This document shows, piece after piece, positions 25,803-39,229 of a stretch of DNA of 64,000 nt. The notes below the pieces were generated by a model, which saw nothing but the letters and a program-made list of their open reading frames with translations, did not search any database and was not told the DNA's origin. Origin of the DNA: Lophium mytilinum (taxonomy: Eukaryota); contig MU004181.1 of NCBI GenBank assembly GCA_010093605.1, positions 2,046,001 to 2,110,000 on the forward strand, in the 5' to 3' direction. Made by a program: the position numbers and the translations under genes. Each line of letters opens with the position of its first letter. Within the stretch, counting starts at the first letter, position 1.

Positions 25803-26705
25803 ATGGCGACCACAACCACCCTCCAACCTACCGCAGCCCCCCAAGTCTTCCTCTCCAACTCCCCCACCGCCACCACCAAAACCGCCTCCATCCCGCGCGG
25901 TCCCGTAACCAGCACCCTCTCCTTCTACCAACCCCCCGCCGACGGCTCCGCCCCCTTCAACTACGTCGAAACCCCGCCCGCAGGACAACCCCAACGCAAC
26001 TTCGGCGAAAACCTCCAACCCGTCACCATCTCCGACCTGCGCGGGCGCGAAAGCACCTTCACCCTCGACAACAACGCCTTCACCGCCCTCTCCAACATCC
26101 CCTCCGCCCTAGAAGGCCCCGACTTCAGCTCCGACGCGCAAATCAAGTCGACCTACTACCCCGAAGTCGAGCAGCTGCTACTAGATAACCTGCCCGGCGC
26201 CCACAAAGTCGTCCTCTTCGACCACACCATCCGCCGCAACTCGCCCAACGCCTCCCGCGGCCCCGTCACCCGCGTGCACATTGACCAGACCCCCGCGTCG
26301 GCCGCGGCGCGCGTGGCGCTGCATCTTGGGGACGAAGCGGAGGAGCTGCTGAAGGGCCGGTACAGGATCGTGAATGTGTGGCGGCCGCTTAACGGGCCTG
26401 TGGTGGCGCATCCGTTGGCGGTGGCGGATAGCGCGACGGTGCGGGATGAGGATCTCGTGGGCGTGCAGCACCGGTATCCGGACCGCAATGGGGAGACGGC
26501 GGGGGTGGCGTATAATCCGGGGCAGAAGTGGTATTACTGGAGTGGGATGCGGAATGATGAGCGGTTGTTGTTGAAGTGCTCGGATAGCGATGAGACGCTG
26601 GGCCAGTGGGGACGGGTGCCGCATACGGCGTTTGTGGATCCGCGGACGCCGGAGGGGGCGGTGGGGAGGGAGAGTATTGAGGTGAGGGCTTTGGTGTTTG
26701 GTTGA
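25803..26705 (+). CDS. AsaB/CmcJ-like putative hydroxylase/desaturase
   Basis: YYPEVEQLL, FDHTIRR, VHIDQT, NVWRPL, PLAVAD, PHTAF and RESIEVR motifs. Confidence 0.88.
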   Translation: MATTTTLQPTAAPQVFLSNSPTATTKTASIPRGPVTSTLSFYQPPADGSAPFNYVETPPAGQPQRNFGENLQPVTISDLRGRESTFTLDNNAFTALSNIPSALEGPDFSSDAQIKSTYYPEVEQLLLDNLPGAHKVVLFDHTIRRNSPNASRGPVTRVHIDQTPASAAARVALHLGDEAEELLKGRYRIVNVWRPLNGPVVAHPLAVADSATVRDEDLVGVQHRYPDRNGETAGVAYNPGQKWYYWSGMRNDERLLLKCSDSDETLGQWGRVPHTAFVDPRTPEGAVGRESIEVRALVFG

Positions 26706-26957
26706 GGGATGCGTCTTTATGGGTTATGGGGTTATGGGATTGGAGGGGGTGGTGTTTGATTATTTAGCTTCATAGTTTATGTCACATTTTTGGATTTTCA
26801 GACACGGTCATTCGTATGGATTGATTATGTACAGTTTTCGATCTCGCATCTAGGTATTATATCCATGCGTCTCATGCATGACTCGCCGTTCCGCTCCTAA
26901 TGCGACCCTCTTCACCGGATGCAATCGAAGGTCACATTCCCTTCAATGTCTCCACGC

Positions 26958-29900
26958 TCAGGCCCGTTTAGGAGGTGGCATCTTGCATGATCTGAGCTCC
27001 TCTAGCCTCTTTACCTGCCTCTTGAGCATCATCACAGCCCCAAGACTGATGATGTTTAGCCCATCTTGTACATCGCCTTCTTTTTTATGCTCACTCCGCT
27101 CGACGATTGACTTCGCAGCATCAATGGCCTTTTCAAGTAACCTCGGTGCATCGGGGGACTGATCTTGATACAGCCACTTCAGCTCTTCATCAAATGGAAT
27201 GACATTCTGCGTCAGAGCATGCGTGATAAATGCCCTGGCACGGAAGTACGCCCGCTCAGTGTAGAGAGCAGACGGGAGCAAGGTCTCTGGGGTGTTCTGG
27301 TGGATGTCATAGCCTGCCTCGTCTGCAAAGATTTGAGTTAGCGTGGTCACAAAAAGTCGGACATTACGAAAAAGATGAGACTTACTGTAATATGGCTCCT
27401 TGACTAGAACCAGCCCCATGATGCTCACTAGCACCTGCAATACCGTACTCTTGGCAGCGTTCCAGTTTTCGTTCCGCTCATCAGCGTGCCATGTTCCGAG
27501 CAGACTAAGACAGATCTTTCCATCCTCGTAGAGATTGGGATTGACAGGTCCTTGTCCGTCAGTCCAAGAGTGGAAGAAGGCTTCAGGGGGCGAATTTGGA
27601 AATGATGATCCGAGGTGCATGTCGATGATAAAAGGGGCGTATTCGTAGGGAGTATCAGAAGGACCTATGATGAGAACACGAAGCAAGTCCATGCGGGATT
27701 CCCAGGTCCGAACGAAGATACCAGGCGGTAGTGAGTTGCGGAGGATTTTGTACTCTTTTTGAACGCGACGGGTGTGCACCGAGCTTGAGGGTCTTGAGTG
27801 GTCGATATAATGATGCCCCACTGGAAGAGATTCAAGAATTTGAAAAGCAGGCGCATTTGTTCCTTTTGTTAGATTGAACGCTTCCATGCCAACACCCGAT
27901 GTTGGGTTTTCGGCAACATGGACAATAGGCTTTGGATCAGAGTTTCCGGTTGAGCAGGTTGTTGCCGGCATTGGTGTTTTTGCAGCATTAGTAATATTTC
28001 TCAGAGAAGGCGGCAGGTTCCGTTGTTGATTTTGGTCAACACTCGGCCGTATTGATCCAGATGACACATTGGTAGAAATCTCTGGCTCTAACTCAGGCGT
28101 AGTCTTGGATGTTTCGACGCCATTATCCGGGGGTGAGAGATCCGGTATATCATGCATTGACACATCTGAGCTGTCATCTTCATCCTCGGTAGACCACGCC
28201 GAGTCTTCATCTGCTGAAATGTGTTCAACTCTGCCATCGTACTCGACCCACATGTCTTCGTAATCAGAAGTGTCTCCCATACTAGTGTCCTCATAGTCGT
28301 TAGGGTCGTCGTCATCTGCGTCCATGGAGTGATAGCCGTCGTTGTAAAAGTCTGAGTCCATGTCGCTGCTGTGTACTAGAGTCACTCGCTCCGGTGCCAC
28401 TCGGACATCCACAACGGTGTCTGCTGCACCCAACCGAACCGTCAGCTTCCCATCCAGTCCGAGGTCAATGACCTCGCCAAAAAGATGACACAGGCGAAGC
28501 CCAGGAGTGGATTCGAGTCGATCGACTAGTCTCTTCATCTCTGCATCTGTAATTGGAGTTATCCACTCAGTCTGGGATTCGGGCATAATCTTTACAAAAT
28601 CGCCTCGCCGTCTTGTCAGCCCGACATCTCTTATGTCGTAAAGGCTTATGTCTTCTTCCACGGTCCCAATTTTTCCTGTTCGACATGGATATATAAGGTC
28701 TTGGCCGGTGAAACGGATATCGGCATTCTCGAACCAGCGAATGGTAGCTATCCTATCGACAGCTTTGACACACTGGACCACACCAACTTTGGCAGGTTTA
28801 AAAGCCCAACTCGACTCTTCGAATTGTTCGTCGGCCTTTTCCTTGCTGGCAACGATTTCTCCAGGCCAGACTTCGTCCGTATCATCCATGTTTGGATCCG
28901 GGATGAGTGAAGTCGAGCTATCTTCAGAGATACTTAGGTCCTGCCACAAGACCTTGACAGTCGTGTGTGTCTGCATGACAAGGTAGACGTTCATGTCAAA
29001 CCCTTGTGTGTCGGTCCTCGGAATGCGTTTAACTTTGCCTTGTGGAAGGCCGCTAGGTAGAATCTTAGTCCCATCATATTTCACAGAGGCCCCGGTAAGG
29101 TCCTTGAACCGTACCCGATCGCCGACAGCTACGTCTGCCATGTGGTAACTCCGGTCCATAGCATTGGCTGCTGTCAGGGAGGGCGGGTTTTTAGTTGAGT
29201 CATAAACACGAAGTTCTCCAGAGTCGAGTATGTCCAAACCAATATCCATTGGGGGCTCCCTAAATCGTGGTCGTGCGTTATTCGGATCAGCTTTGAAGCT
29301 TTGGGTCAGCCATCTAACCGATATCTCCACGGTACGCACTTCCACAACAGTGCCATGTGGACTAATGTTTGGGTTGAAAGAGCCGTATTTCCATCTGCCT
29401 CTCCGCAAATTTCCTTTCTTAGTTTTGACCTTGTCTCCCACGTGCAGTCGTTCTATTGCCGAGTCGTCTGCCTCAAGCTCATTGGCACGCTCGACAACCA
29501 CGACATAGCCGTTGTCCAGGCGAATAGCCACTTCGTCGTGAACCTCCTCAATGCGGCCAACCCAGTCATCGTACAGGACAAGCGCACCCTCCTGGTATTC
29601 GTGCATATATTGTACTTCCTCGGCAGGCACAGCCCGGATACAGATGTCTTGTTGAGAGCTCTGGTCGCGCTCCACTTCTTGAATGGCGGCGGTAGGCAAT
29701 ATCGTGCACTCGGCCCGGGTTCCAATGACAGTTCCAGTCATGGGACTTAGAGCGTCTCTCTTGACGACGTCGCCGATGAAGAATGCGCGATCCAGAAGCT
29801 CCAGTTGCGACTCTGGTATCAGCTCGGTTACGTACTCGGTCTGCCACGACACAAGACAGGTCCTTCGCGGGGGCACGCCAGTCCTCATGAAAGCGTTGAA

Positions 29901-30074
29901 CTGGGCATCGGAAACGTCGGTATGTTTCAGTATAGGCTCCGGATAGTCTCGCTGGGGTGCGGGCTCGTGGCTGTCGACATCGCCGAAAGTTCGATCCACC
30001 ACTCCTATCCTGTACTTGTCGTCCTTTAAGCCGACGGTATCTTCCACGCAGAAGGTCACCGCCCGTGCGGCCAT
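26958..30074 (-). CDS. UBE2O-like E2/E3 hybrid ubiquitin-conjugating enzyme (intron ~27325-27386)
   Basis: C-terminal UBC domain: [36 protein letters not shown]; long N-terminal region. Start codon uncertain. Confidence 0.9.
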   Translation of the reverse strand: MAARAVTFCVEDTVGLKDDKYRIGVVDRTFGDVDSHEPAPQRDYPEPILKHTDVSDAQFNAFMRTGVPPRRTCLVSWQTEYVTELIPESQLELLDRAFFIGDVVKRDALSPMTGTVIGTRAECTILPTAAIQEVERDQSSQQDICIRAVPAEEVQYMHEYQEGALVLYDDWVGRIEEVHDEVAIRLDNGYVVVVERANELEADDSAIERLHVGDKVKTKKGNLRRGRWKYGSFNPNISPHGTVVEVRTVEISVRWLTQSFKADPNNARPRFREPPMDIGLDILDSGELRVYDSTKNPPSLTAANAMDRSYHMADVAVGDRVRFKDLTGASVKYDGTKILPSGLPQGKVKRIPRTDTQGFDMNVYLVMQTHTTVKVLWQDLSISEDSSTSLIPDPNMDDTDEVWPGEIVASKEKADEQFEESSWAFKPAKVGVVQCVKAVDRIATIRWFENADIRFTGQDLIYPCRTGKIGTVEEDISLYDIRDVGLTRRRGDFVKIMPESQTEWITPITDAEMKRLVDRLESTPGLRLCHLFGEVIDLGLDGKLTVRLGAADTVVDVRVAPERVTLVHSSDMDSDFYNDGYHSMDADDDDPNDYEDTSMGDTSDYEDMWVEYDGRVEHISADEDSAWSTEDEDDSSDVSMHDIPDLSPPDNGVETSKTTPELEPEISTNVSSGSIRPSVDQNQQRNLPPSLRNITNAAKTPMPATTCSTGNSDPKPIVHVAENPTSGVGMEAFNLTKGTNAPAFQILESLPVGHHYIDHSRPSSSVHTRRVQKEYKILRNSLPPGIFVRTWESRMDLLRVLIIGPSDTPYEYAPFIIDMHLGSSFPNSPPEAFFHSWTDGQGPVNPNLYEDGKICLSLLGTWHADERNENWNAAKSTVLQVLVSIMGLVLVKEPYYSKSHLFRNVRLFVTTLTQIFADEAGYDIHQNTPETLLPSALYTERAYFRARAFITHALTQNVIPFDEELKWLYQDQSPDAPRLLEKAIDAAKSIVERSEHKKEGDVQDGLNIISLGAVMMLKRQVKRLEELRSCKMPPPKRA

Positions 30075-30824
30075 GGCCGTCGAGTCTCCCGCTGCGCCCA
30101 GTCCGTAGTATTGCACAAGTCTGCGGTATTGTACGAGTCGCTGTTGCGGGGTGGAGAGGCTTGGAGAGTCGCCGTCGTCTTCGTCGTCCCAAAAAAAGTC
30201 GTCGGCGTCGCGTACCGGCTGGTTGTTCACTGGCAAGGGTATCGAAGTAATGCGCAGAGGCAGAGAAAGGGCGATGGCGAGAGCTTCAAGCGGAAGAAGG
30301 CGTCGCGGTCTAGAAGAAGAGGAAGAATCGGAGGGGTCTGACGGCGACAGAGGCATGGCGGAGTGAAGTGCCTTTACTCGATGAGCTAGTGGGGGTATTT
30401 CCAGATGCAGCCCTGCTGCCACGCCCGCAGACGTGTGAAGATTAGTTTCGCAGTGTAACGTGGACGCTGTTAGCGAAGAGTTGTTTCTCCGGGAAGTGAG
30501 ACCTGTCAGTTGTTTATAGGCGATGGCTGTATATTAGAGCAGCAAGCAGTAATTCGCGATGCCTCGCACCTTCCTTGGCCGGTGTTATGTCTAATTGCCT
30601 CTTGCTGTTACTCCAGTGCACGGAAGCGGATGAGGACTATCATAAGAGCGAAACAAGTAAAGTTAATAAGAGTTAACCTCAATACCCCAAAGCGCTTGTC
30701 ACAAAGCTAGGTAGAATTACTCAGTTAAATGATTCACCCACGGTTGGGCTGCCAAGAATCGTCGAGGTGGAGGCACTCTCGGGGGTGAGGCGGAGAAAGC
30801 CACGAAGACATCTAAACCGCAACA

Positions 30825-32306
30825 ATGGCCGACCCGCTGTACGAGCTTCTGGTGCCCTATTTCGACTCCCAAGATGCCTCCCCTAGAGCCGCCCCGTCTC
30901 CCAGCGATCCCACCACCTCCATCTATCTCGCCCGCCTGACCACACTGCCTCTGTCGGCCCTGGGCTCCTCCGAACAGCAGTCCCTCTCGCAAAGCTCGCA
31001 GTCAATTCTGCGCTCGCTGCAGACCCTATCCAAGAAGTCCCACAGGTCCATCATCTCCTCCTCCGATCACCTTGCGAATCTTCGAGACACACTGCCAAAG
31101 CTAGGGCAAGAGACGAGAGAGTTGCGCAATGACATACCGAAGCTGGAGAGCGAGGCCCTGCGCTTCGCTGAGAAGTACTCCAAGACGGTGGAGAACCCGA
31201 TCCTCGACCGGCGGAGAAAGGCCATGCTGTTAGCCAGGAACGTGGACCGCGTGTCCGACCTGCTCGACCTGCCCACCTTGCTGTCGTCCGCAATCTCCTC
31301 GTCTACCGCCCCATCTCAAGCCTCCGCAGCTTCTTCATCTACCGCTACGAATGCCAATTATGCCTCGGCGCTGGATCTCCATGCCCACATCAAACGCCTC
31401 CATACGCTCTATCCGAATCTAGATTTAGTATATTCTATTTCAGCTCAAGCGGAACACGAGATGAAAGGCATGACTACGAATCTCATTGCGAGTCTGCAGT
31501 CACAAGGCATAAAGCTTGCTGGAGCCATGCGGACAATTGGATGGCTTCGGCGAGTAGCACCCGAGTTAGACGAGGCGTGGAGCCTGAAAAAACCTACAAC
31601 TATTGGAAGCAGCGAGGGCGCACTAGGGGCGCTGTTTCTTGTATGCCGACTAACAAACCTCCTCTCTACGCTCGAGGCTCTAGATCCCCTACGGGAACTT
31701 GCAGATCAGGAAACGGCGAGAAGGACTGCCAGTGGAGCCAAGGCCAATGGATCCAGCGATAGATGGTCAGGCGGTCAGCAAACAGAGCGATATCTCAAGC
31801 GCTACATTGAAATATTCCGAGAGCAAAGCTTCGCCATAATATCCATGTATAAGAGCATATTCCCCGCCGCTCTCCCACCGCCCGGGTCAATCGCCGAACC
31901 CGATGAGCAAAAGAGCAAGGCCCCCTCGACCTCTGTACCAGCAGGCGAAAAGCTACCGGAAGATGACACCCTCCAGCCCTTACCATCAGCTCTCGCCACA
32001 TTTCCACTCCATCTAGTTGATCTCCTCTTCGAAACTCTGAAGAAGTATCTCCCAAATGTGCAAGACCGCTCATCACGAGACAGCTTATTCACTCAAGTGC
32101 TGTATTGTGCTGGCAGTCTTGGCCGGCTAGGTGGCGACTTTGGCATGATGCTCGCATTATTGGAGGAAGAGATGAATGAGGGCCCCGAGGATGAAGAGGA
32201 AGAGGAGGAGTGGGTTGAAGTGATGAAAAAGCACCGGATCCAGGCCAGCAGATTGGAACTACTGGCGAGCGGCGTGGGAACGAACAGGACCGTCACATCG
32301 CATTGA
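30825..32306 (+). CDS. COG8: Conserved oligomeric Golgi complex subunit 8 (Dor1 family)
   Basis: DLLDLPTLL, RTIGWLRR, YLKRYIEIFREQSF and QVLYCAGSLGRLGGDF motifs. Confidence 0.9.
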   Translation: MADPLYELLVPYFDSQDASPRAAPSPSDPTTSIYLARLTTLPLSALGSSEQQSLSQSSQSILRSLQTLSKKSHRSIISSSDHLANLRDTLPKLGQETRELRNDIPKLESEALRFAEKYSKTVENPILDRRRKAMLLARNVDRVSDLLDLPTLLSSAISSSTAPSQASAASSSTATNANYASALDLHAHIKRLHTLYPNLDLVYSISAQAEHEMKGMTTNLIASLQSQGIKLAGAMRTIGWLRRVAPELDEAWSLKKPTTIGSSEGALGALFLVCRLTNLLSTLEALDPLRELADQETARRTASGAKANGSSDRWSGGQQTERYLKRYIEIFREQSFAIISMYKSIFPAALPPPGSIAEPDEQKSKAPSTSVPAGEKLPEDDTLQPLPSALATFPLHLVDLLFETLKKYLPNVQDRSSRDSLFTQVLYCAGSLGRLGGDFGMMLALLEEEMNEGPEDEEEEEEWVEVMKKHRIQASRLELLASGVGTNRTVTSH

Positions 32307-32969
32307 GCATAGCGAAATATCCGATATTTTTATCTGACACAATATCGTTTTCGTATCCTCTGATATTTATTGACGCCAAGGGCGAAAGCCGAATCCCGAA
32401 AGGAGCGTGTTCAGGGCCCCAATACGGATCGAAGCGTGATGGTTTCGGATGAACACACGAGCGTAACTGTTGTTCCAGACGCGCATCAACATTCCTTCCC
32501 GACTTCTACTAAGAGCGGAACGCCGCAGTTGAGAAAGTGTCGTAAGCACCCAACACGAATCGCAACTCATACTCAGAGAGGGTTGTCATGCGCACTGAGC
32601 TGCGCCTCTAAGGGATCGCCACAAACATGTTGCACAGACCTTACTCAACCTCCACAAGCCTCGTCGCTCAGCCGCCGCAATGCTCGGGTCTTACGCGTGC
32701 CTAATCCTGAGGAATGAGTATATTAGAAGCTTGTCTCCCGGGCGCAGTGATCCTTAGTTCCTCCAATCTTTACACTTTTTCTTTAATTGCAAGCGGAAGT
32801 GCTCCAGCCATCGCATTTTACGAGTTTCATAGCGGGCGGCATCATCATCAATCAACCATCTCCCCATCTTTAAAAGCCAGCTTACGTCCTTTACTGTGCT
32901 TCGATCTCCCTCAATATCTCAAAGAACGATCCTAGGAACCCAACATCCCAATCTACGAACATCCTCGCC

Positions 32970-33395
32970 ATGTCCTGTCCAGCCCCAGAAAACGCCCTCC
33001 CAAACTCCCCCTCCCCACCCACGACTCCCACCCTCCAACCCTCGCTCTCCTCCCCCGAACCTCTCTTCACAGAAATCAACATCCCGCTGCCCACACTCCC
33101 CACGCTCCCTGCCGTGTCCTCGCCCTCGACACCCCGCCACCGCTCCATCAGCCTCTCGTCACTCTCCTTCCACCGCCACGACTCTACATCCTCCCACGCA
33201 CCACACCACCCGCACTCTCACTCTCACTCCCACACCGTGGAATCCAAGGACAAGCGAGCAGGATCACTCGACACGATCAAGGAGCATCAGACATCGACGC
33301 TGCGCTCGCGGACGCAGACGCTAGGCGCGCTCGCGGTGGCGCCGGCGGTGCTGATGCTTTCGGCGGAGCTGTTTACGCCGGGGAGGGGCGGTTGA
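32970..33395 (+). CDS. Small Pro/Ser/His-rich hypothetical protein
   Basis: ATG in GCCATG context; 5' C-rich to 3' G-rich codon pattern like neighbouring genes. Confidence 0.55.
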   Translation: MSCPAPENALPNSPSPPTTPTLQPSLSSPEPLFTEINIPLPTLPTLPAVSSPSTPRHRSISLSSLSFHRHDSTSSHAPHHPHSHSHSHTVESKDKRAGSLDTIKEHQTSTLRSRTQTLGALAVAPAVLMLSAELFTPGRGG

Positions 33396-34194
33396 AACGC
33401 GAAGGTTAAGATTGGATTTGAAAATTAGGAACTTGGTTTAAAGAGCCGGAAGCGGGCGTAATGCGTCGCTAATGCGCTGCTGTCGCTCGGTCGGGGAAAC
33501 TGCTTCGGGAGGAGATGAGGGGGTGGAGGAGGGTCGAAGATGAGTCGCGAAGGACTCGGGGTTGAGTGTTGTGGAGTTTTGGATGGGATGGGATGGGATG
33601 TGCGAAGTTTGGATATTCACACGCACGACAGGATGGGCTATCAGCCAAAGAAACGCTGCGTGTTTCTGGCTATAGGGCATTGCTGGGAGTTATGCTTGCT
33701 ATATTAACACAGATATAGCTTTACCGTAGTCGGCTGTCACACAGATAGCACTGATGATTTCAAATAACGTCTTCTCATTCACTCTGTACTTCCGATGCTT
33801 GATCAAATCACAAAGAGACCGCTTAGTGAGCCCCAAGTATGCTCGAGCTCATGCTCACGATCATGCCGAAACCCAGAAATATGCTAATGCCAGCCAATCG
33901 GCCAGAACAACAATGCAAGAGGGGGTATGCCTATCCTAACCGATGCCGATGCAACAAAGGAGACCAATTCATGAGAGCTCATCCATCCAACACCGTTTTT
34001 TCATGACTCGTTCATTGCTCGTAAGTAAGTGCAGACCATCATGTTCGACCTCCTTGAGAAGAGCTCGGAGAAGGACCAATTGAGAAGTGAGAACAAAAGA
34101 AATCGAGGACAATAATGCTGACCATTGGAGGGAATCGCGGAACGCTTCACGCTCGCTATGGTAGAAGTGCTGTGTCAAGCCAGCCTGATATGTC

Positions 34195-35697
34195 CTAATT
34201 TTTGGCCATGGTAAAGGGCAGGATGCGGCTGACCGCTTCGTTCTCGTCGTACTGGGTGGGGAATCCTCCCTGCAAGACTCGTCGAAGAGCGTTGAGTCGC
34301 TGCAGCTTCCACCACTTGTCGATGCGGACTTCGACGTTGCGGTTGATGCGCACCTTCATGCGGCCAGCTCCGTAGCTGCGTCCAGTTTCTTCGTTCAGCG
34401 CAGTGCTGTACTTTGGGCCACGGGTGGGCTTTTCGACCGAGTTGCGGATGTCAGCGAAACTGGAGTGTAAGGTTTTGCGGTCCTTCTTCGAGATCTTGCG
34501 CGTGGAGACGCTGGCGAGCTCGTCGAGGGTGTCGATGAGCTGGTCCTGGCGGCGGTAGACGGTGTAGCGTTTGATCATCTTCGGGCCTGTCTTGCCAGTC
34601 TCTTCCTCCCCGGGCTCGTCCTCGTCGTGGGAGACTTCTTCGTCTTCCTCCTGCGGGGTGTAGGACTTCTCGTAGAGCAAGGCAATATTTTCTCCAGCTG
34701 CAACCTGGACGCCCGAATCTGAGCTCTGAAGTTGATCGATGAATGCCTCGATGGCTGTTTCGGTTGCCAGTTCGAGATCGTCGAGGTCGGTGGCGAGCAG
34801 GCCCCATTCCTCGAGCGCAGCCACCACAACGCCAGCATCATCATGGGCGTTGACCGATTCACCGTCCGTCTCAACTATCTCCAAGAGGAAAGTCATGATG
34901 TCCTCAGTCTCCTCAGTTGCAGCTCCGCCGAAGAAGGTCGCGGTGCCCAGAGTGTGAACAGCGCCAATTTTGGCCTGAGTAGACTCGGAATCGGAGATGG
35001 TGCGCTTGAGCTGCTCGACGACCGAGTCGTAGATCTGTCCATCGTCGATGGTAATTACGGTGACAGCGAGGGCTAGCAGAAAAATTAGCTTTAGCTATGA
35101 ATGCGAGCCTGTGGGTATAGTACCTCTCAGAGCAGCCACAGTCTCTCGCTCGCTCGTCTCAGCCTTGATGCTCCTGATCATCGAAGGCAGAAGCTCATCA
35201 ATATTATTATCAACGTCGTCCTTGGCGTATCGTGCCATAAGAATGTGGGCAAAGGCATTCAGACTGTCGGCTCGGCCTTCGGTGCTGCTGCGCTTGCGGT
35301 CTACGATCTGCTCGATCCGAGTGTGGAGCTCCGACTTCCAAGCATCAGGCGGGAGGTCGACATCTTCGCCGTTGAGGATATCTTCGATGGAGTTGGAACT
35401 GCGTAGCATCGTGTTAGCACGGTGAAGGTGGAATGAGGTGAGAAGATGGAATGGGAAGGTGAGGGAGAGGGAGAAGGTGCGAGACACATACCTCCAGGCG
35501 GTACCAGAACCGTCAGAAAGGTCGTCCTCATCCTCATCGGATCCATGCCCTGTGCGGTTACGGGAGGTGGCTCTTGAATTGGCAGCGCTATTGACGGCTG
35601 AATTGACCTTGGAGGAGACAGCCGAAATATTCCTGGAGCGCGCTTTGCGGCTAACGGTCTTGCCGCTCTCCAGAGCCTGTCGACGGAGATCGCGCAT
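34195..35697 (-). CDS. IFRD (interferon-related developmental regulator) domain protein, 2 introns
   Basis: MRDLRRQALESGKTVSRKA start; AALEEWGLL, VQVAAGENIALLYE and IDKWWKL motifs. Confidence 0.85.
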
Positions 35698-36692
35698 TTT
35701 TGCTGAAGATGGATGGAAATGATTTTTGGAGAGAACTGAGAACTGGGGAAGTAATAAGGTATGCGCTGTACAGGTGAGGTGGCCAGCCGCCTACACCGAC
35801 TGACTACTGTGCGGGGTTCGAACTGAAAGGAAGAAGGTATAGAGGCAGTGGTGTGGAGGTTATCGTAGAGGAAGAGTAGAGTGGTAGGAGTGTACAGGAG
35901 GGAAGTAGAAGTCCATGGAGGCGAGAACAATAGCTACGGGAACAATAGTGTGACTCGACAAATCTGAAGCGCGGCGGCCAAAGTTCACTTTGCGTGAAGG
36001 CTGGCATGGTGGTCCGTGCCTCACTCAACGTCATCGTCCACACCACCACCAAAATGTGAGGCTGCCGACTGTCAGGCTTTTGCCTTTCCAATTCATATCG
36101 CTTCACTTCAACAACAACAACCGGTCAATCCGCAAGCCAAAGGCAATCAGTTCACCGGTACTCTCTACCTTTGCGCACCTCTAGTAGAACGACTAGGAAC
36201 ACTTTGTTATCCCTTCTGGAGAACATGGAGTCCATCGGCCGCTGCTGGAACAAGGCAGCAATCAAGTTGTATGTACTAGGCATCTACTCAAACCAATACA
36301 AGACTCTACGAAAGCTATTTTGAGGAAAGATGAGTCTTGCAAGTTAGGAGCTCTGGCCGTAATCTCGTGCAACCCTTTTGTCACCATCTCAACGGGTAGT
36401 GGTTCAAGGTAGGGTGTTGCAAAGCTTCACAAAAATAGTAGAAAAATAACTTGCAGCAATCCTTGAGATAGTTACAAGGCTATATTTGACACCCTCTTCA
36501 TAGGGGAGTGAATTCAATTTCACCGCAGTCCACTCGTGATTTGCTCTCGTTCGTTCACGACGAACTGAGGAGATTTCTGCTGGCTTTTCGCTTTGGTTTC
36601 TTGTCTTTTCGGATCCCCTAGTCATCACTAAGTTCATTCTCCACGTCAACACCCCGAGTCTACGTAAAGTGGCCTAGTAGCGTACGTTTCCT

Positions 36693-38196
36693 TCAATGAG
36701 CCCTCGACAGTTTGAACCCGCCAGGTACTTTCCTCTGAAACACGCCCTCGGGATCATACTTTGCCGCCACCTCGTTCATGAATTTTACATTAGCCGCTCC
36801 ATAGCTGGCGAGCGGCCTTCCTGACGCGTCAGAATAGTTGAGGTAGCGCCACTGTATGTCACCGCCACGTTCAACGGCGAACTTCTCAATTGCGTTTGCC
36901 CACGCCAGTATCTTTGGCTCGGCCACTATCTGCTGTTCATCCGTGTCCACGGTAACTTGGCCAAGCCATAAGAGCGAATTGCCTTGGACGGAATCTAAGC
37001 CTAGGACGTTGCCACCTTGCTCGACGGAGCGCTGTGCGAAGTAGGCTGGGAGCGGCTGGAGGAGGCATTGGGTTGTAAAAGCTTCTGCGGGCATCAGGCT
37101 CTTAAGCTCATCGACTAGATTATCATGGAGTTCAACAACTTTATGGATGATTGTTGCGTCGTTTCGGAAGGTCAGCGTGGTGGTAACAACTCTGATCGGT
37201 GTTAGGCTACAGCAAACGCCTATGCACTGGTAAAGGACTGCGAGGAAGCTTCACATACCGCTTATCAACTAGAAGAGCATATAGGTTCGCACTCTCCTCC
37301 ACGCTCCTTATCTTGAGGTCCTTAACTAAGGCTGGAGCCTTCTGAACCTCCTCAAACGCAGCGGCATCCGGAACCCCTTTCGTATCCACAAGCACGCTCA
37401 ATACCACAACATCAGTAAACATCGCCCCATTAAACGTGAACCCCACAATCATCGCATCCTCAGGCCGCTTCTCACTCTCATTAGTAAACCTCACCAACGC
37501 CTCAACAATCTCATCCCCACTACTCCTCGGCGCCACAATAACCCCACCCCAAACCTTCGTCGCCGGGATCGTCTGCATATCAAACCTTGTCACAATCCCA
37601 AAGTTCCCCGAACCCCCCTTCAGCGCTCTCCACAGATCCGCGTTCTCCCCTCTATTCGCATTCACCACCTCCCCACTCGCCAGCACCACCTTAAAATTCA
37701 CCACGCTGTCGCAGCCCATCCCCATCCGGCCTGTATAATGCGAATTCCCGCCTCCAGTCAAGAACCCGCCCACGCCCACATCCGCCACGCGCCCCCCAGC
37801 AACGCAGACACCGTGCTTATCCAGCGCGTTGTAGACCGCGCCCCACCGCGGCCCCGACTCGATTGACGCGAGCGTTGTCTCCGGGTCGTAGGTTACGCGG
37901 GTCATGAGGCCGAGATCGATGACGATGCCGTCGTGGATGTTGCTGCCGCCGGCCCATTGCGAGTGGCCGCCGCTGCGGATGGCAAAGTTGCCGTCGGCGC
38001 TGGCGAGGGCTTTGATGGTGCGGGAGACTTCGGCCGTGGTGCGAGGTTGGATGATGTAGGAGGGGTGGAGGCGGGCGTTGGCGGCCCAGTAGGAGGATTC
38101 TCGTTCGGCGTATGCGGGGGATGTGGGGGAGAGGAGGAGGGAGGAGAGGCCGGCCGTGGTGAGGGCGGCTATTTGGGTGGGCAGTTTTGATGACAT
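36693..38196 (-). CDS. FAD-binding (VAO/BBE-type) oxidoreductase, 1 intron
   Basis: FAIRSGGH, VGVGGFLTGGG, ALKGGSGNFGIVTRF, YLNY and KYDPEGVFQ motifs. Confidence 0.92.
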
Positions 38197-38535
38197 GGCG
38201 GTGGGAAAGGATTTAGAGGTCAAAGCATTCTCGATTATATGGTATTGGAGGGGTATTGGACAATTGAAAAAAGTAGCTCTGAGTTACATGACAGTGGAAG
38301 AGGGGTACCTTTGGAGTTTGGGGGCCATGATAAGTCAGCCCAATCCGTGGCCAACCCTTGGACGAGCATAACCTGATGCGAATAGAAGGTGTGTTTTATC
38401 ACGCTTCAGCGCTTGAATCCCCTACTAGTTAGAGAACTAGTCCCGTCCCGTCCCGGAGTGCATGGCGGGGTCTAGGGTCTAACATAGCGTTTCGGGAATC
38501 CGTATTAGGGATGAGGGGTCGTGTGGCGGTGGGGC

Positions 38536-38710
38536 ATGCGGGCATAAAAAAGGTGGCACTCTATTATGCATAGGTGTGTATGCCAACGCTTGAGGTGCTT
38601 CAATGCATTTTCGCAAATTCAAAGAACTTCAAATGGGATTGAAGTTCTTCCTTCTGGGGTCTGTGGAAACTTGTTGAGGCACTTTAAGCAGTGGTAAACC
38701 GGTGCATATA
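38536..38710. repeat. Degenerate copy of the inverted-repeat element
   Basis: GGCATAAAAAAGGTGGCAC arm; GCTTGAGGTGCTTCAA ... TTGAGGCACTTTAAGC; internal GAACTTCAA/TTGAAGTTC hairpin. Confidence 0.7.
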
Positions 38711-39229
38711 AAAGGCAGCGCGGTAATTAAGGGTAATTATGGGTGAATAGAGTAGCATTCTATAAATCTATAACGTATACATATTATATCTATATGCTAT
38801 ATACGCTTGTTCAGCACCGCTTAAGATCCGCCAGTATGCTATTGCTATTCATAACATACCAGCTATAGCAAGCCTACTAGCTCTTTGGGCCACCTCGGGC
38901 AGTGTTGAACCGCTGCAGTGTGCCACTTATTTCCTACCTACCTAGTGGGGTAAGCTGTATCAAGACCCTTTCCTTCCAAGATTCCACTACTTCATATATT
39001 TCTCTGTCACGTAAGAGCCCGAAATCTTTGGCTTTCTCGAGTTAAAACCCAATGTACATACCTGATCATGCTTTCTTGGACTCTTCGATGCACATTAGGA
39101 ATCACCGTCAGGTTGATGTCACCAAATAGCTCATAGTGCCCTCAATGTCTCATAGAGTAAGTAATTCTAAACTAAAGCAACGACTCGAGGAAGCTCCGTC
39201 TCAACTCCACCAGCTTGGCTATTCAGGTA

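Noticed and set aside
30075..30422. N-terminal extension of the UBE2O-like ORF
   Set aside because: The ORF call starts at a GTG and the extension is low-complexity; a downstream ATG is more plausible, though not proven.
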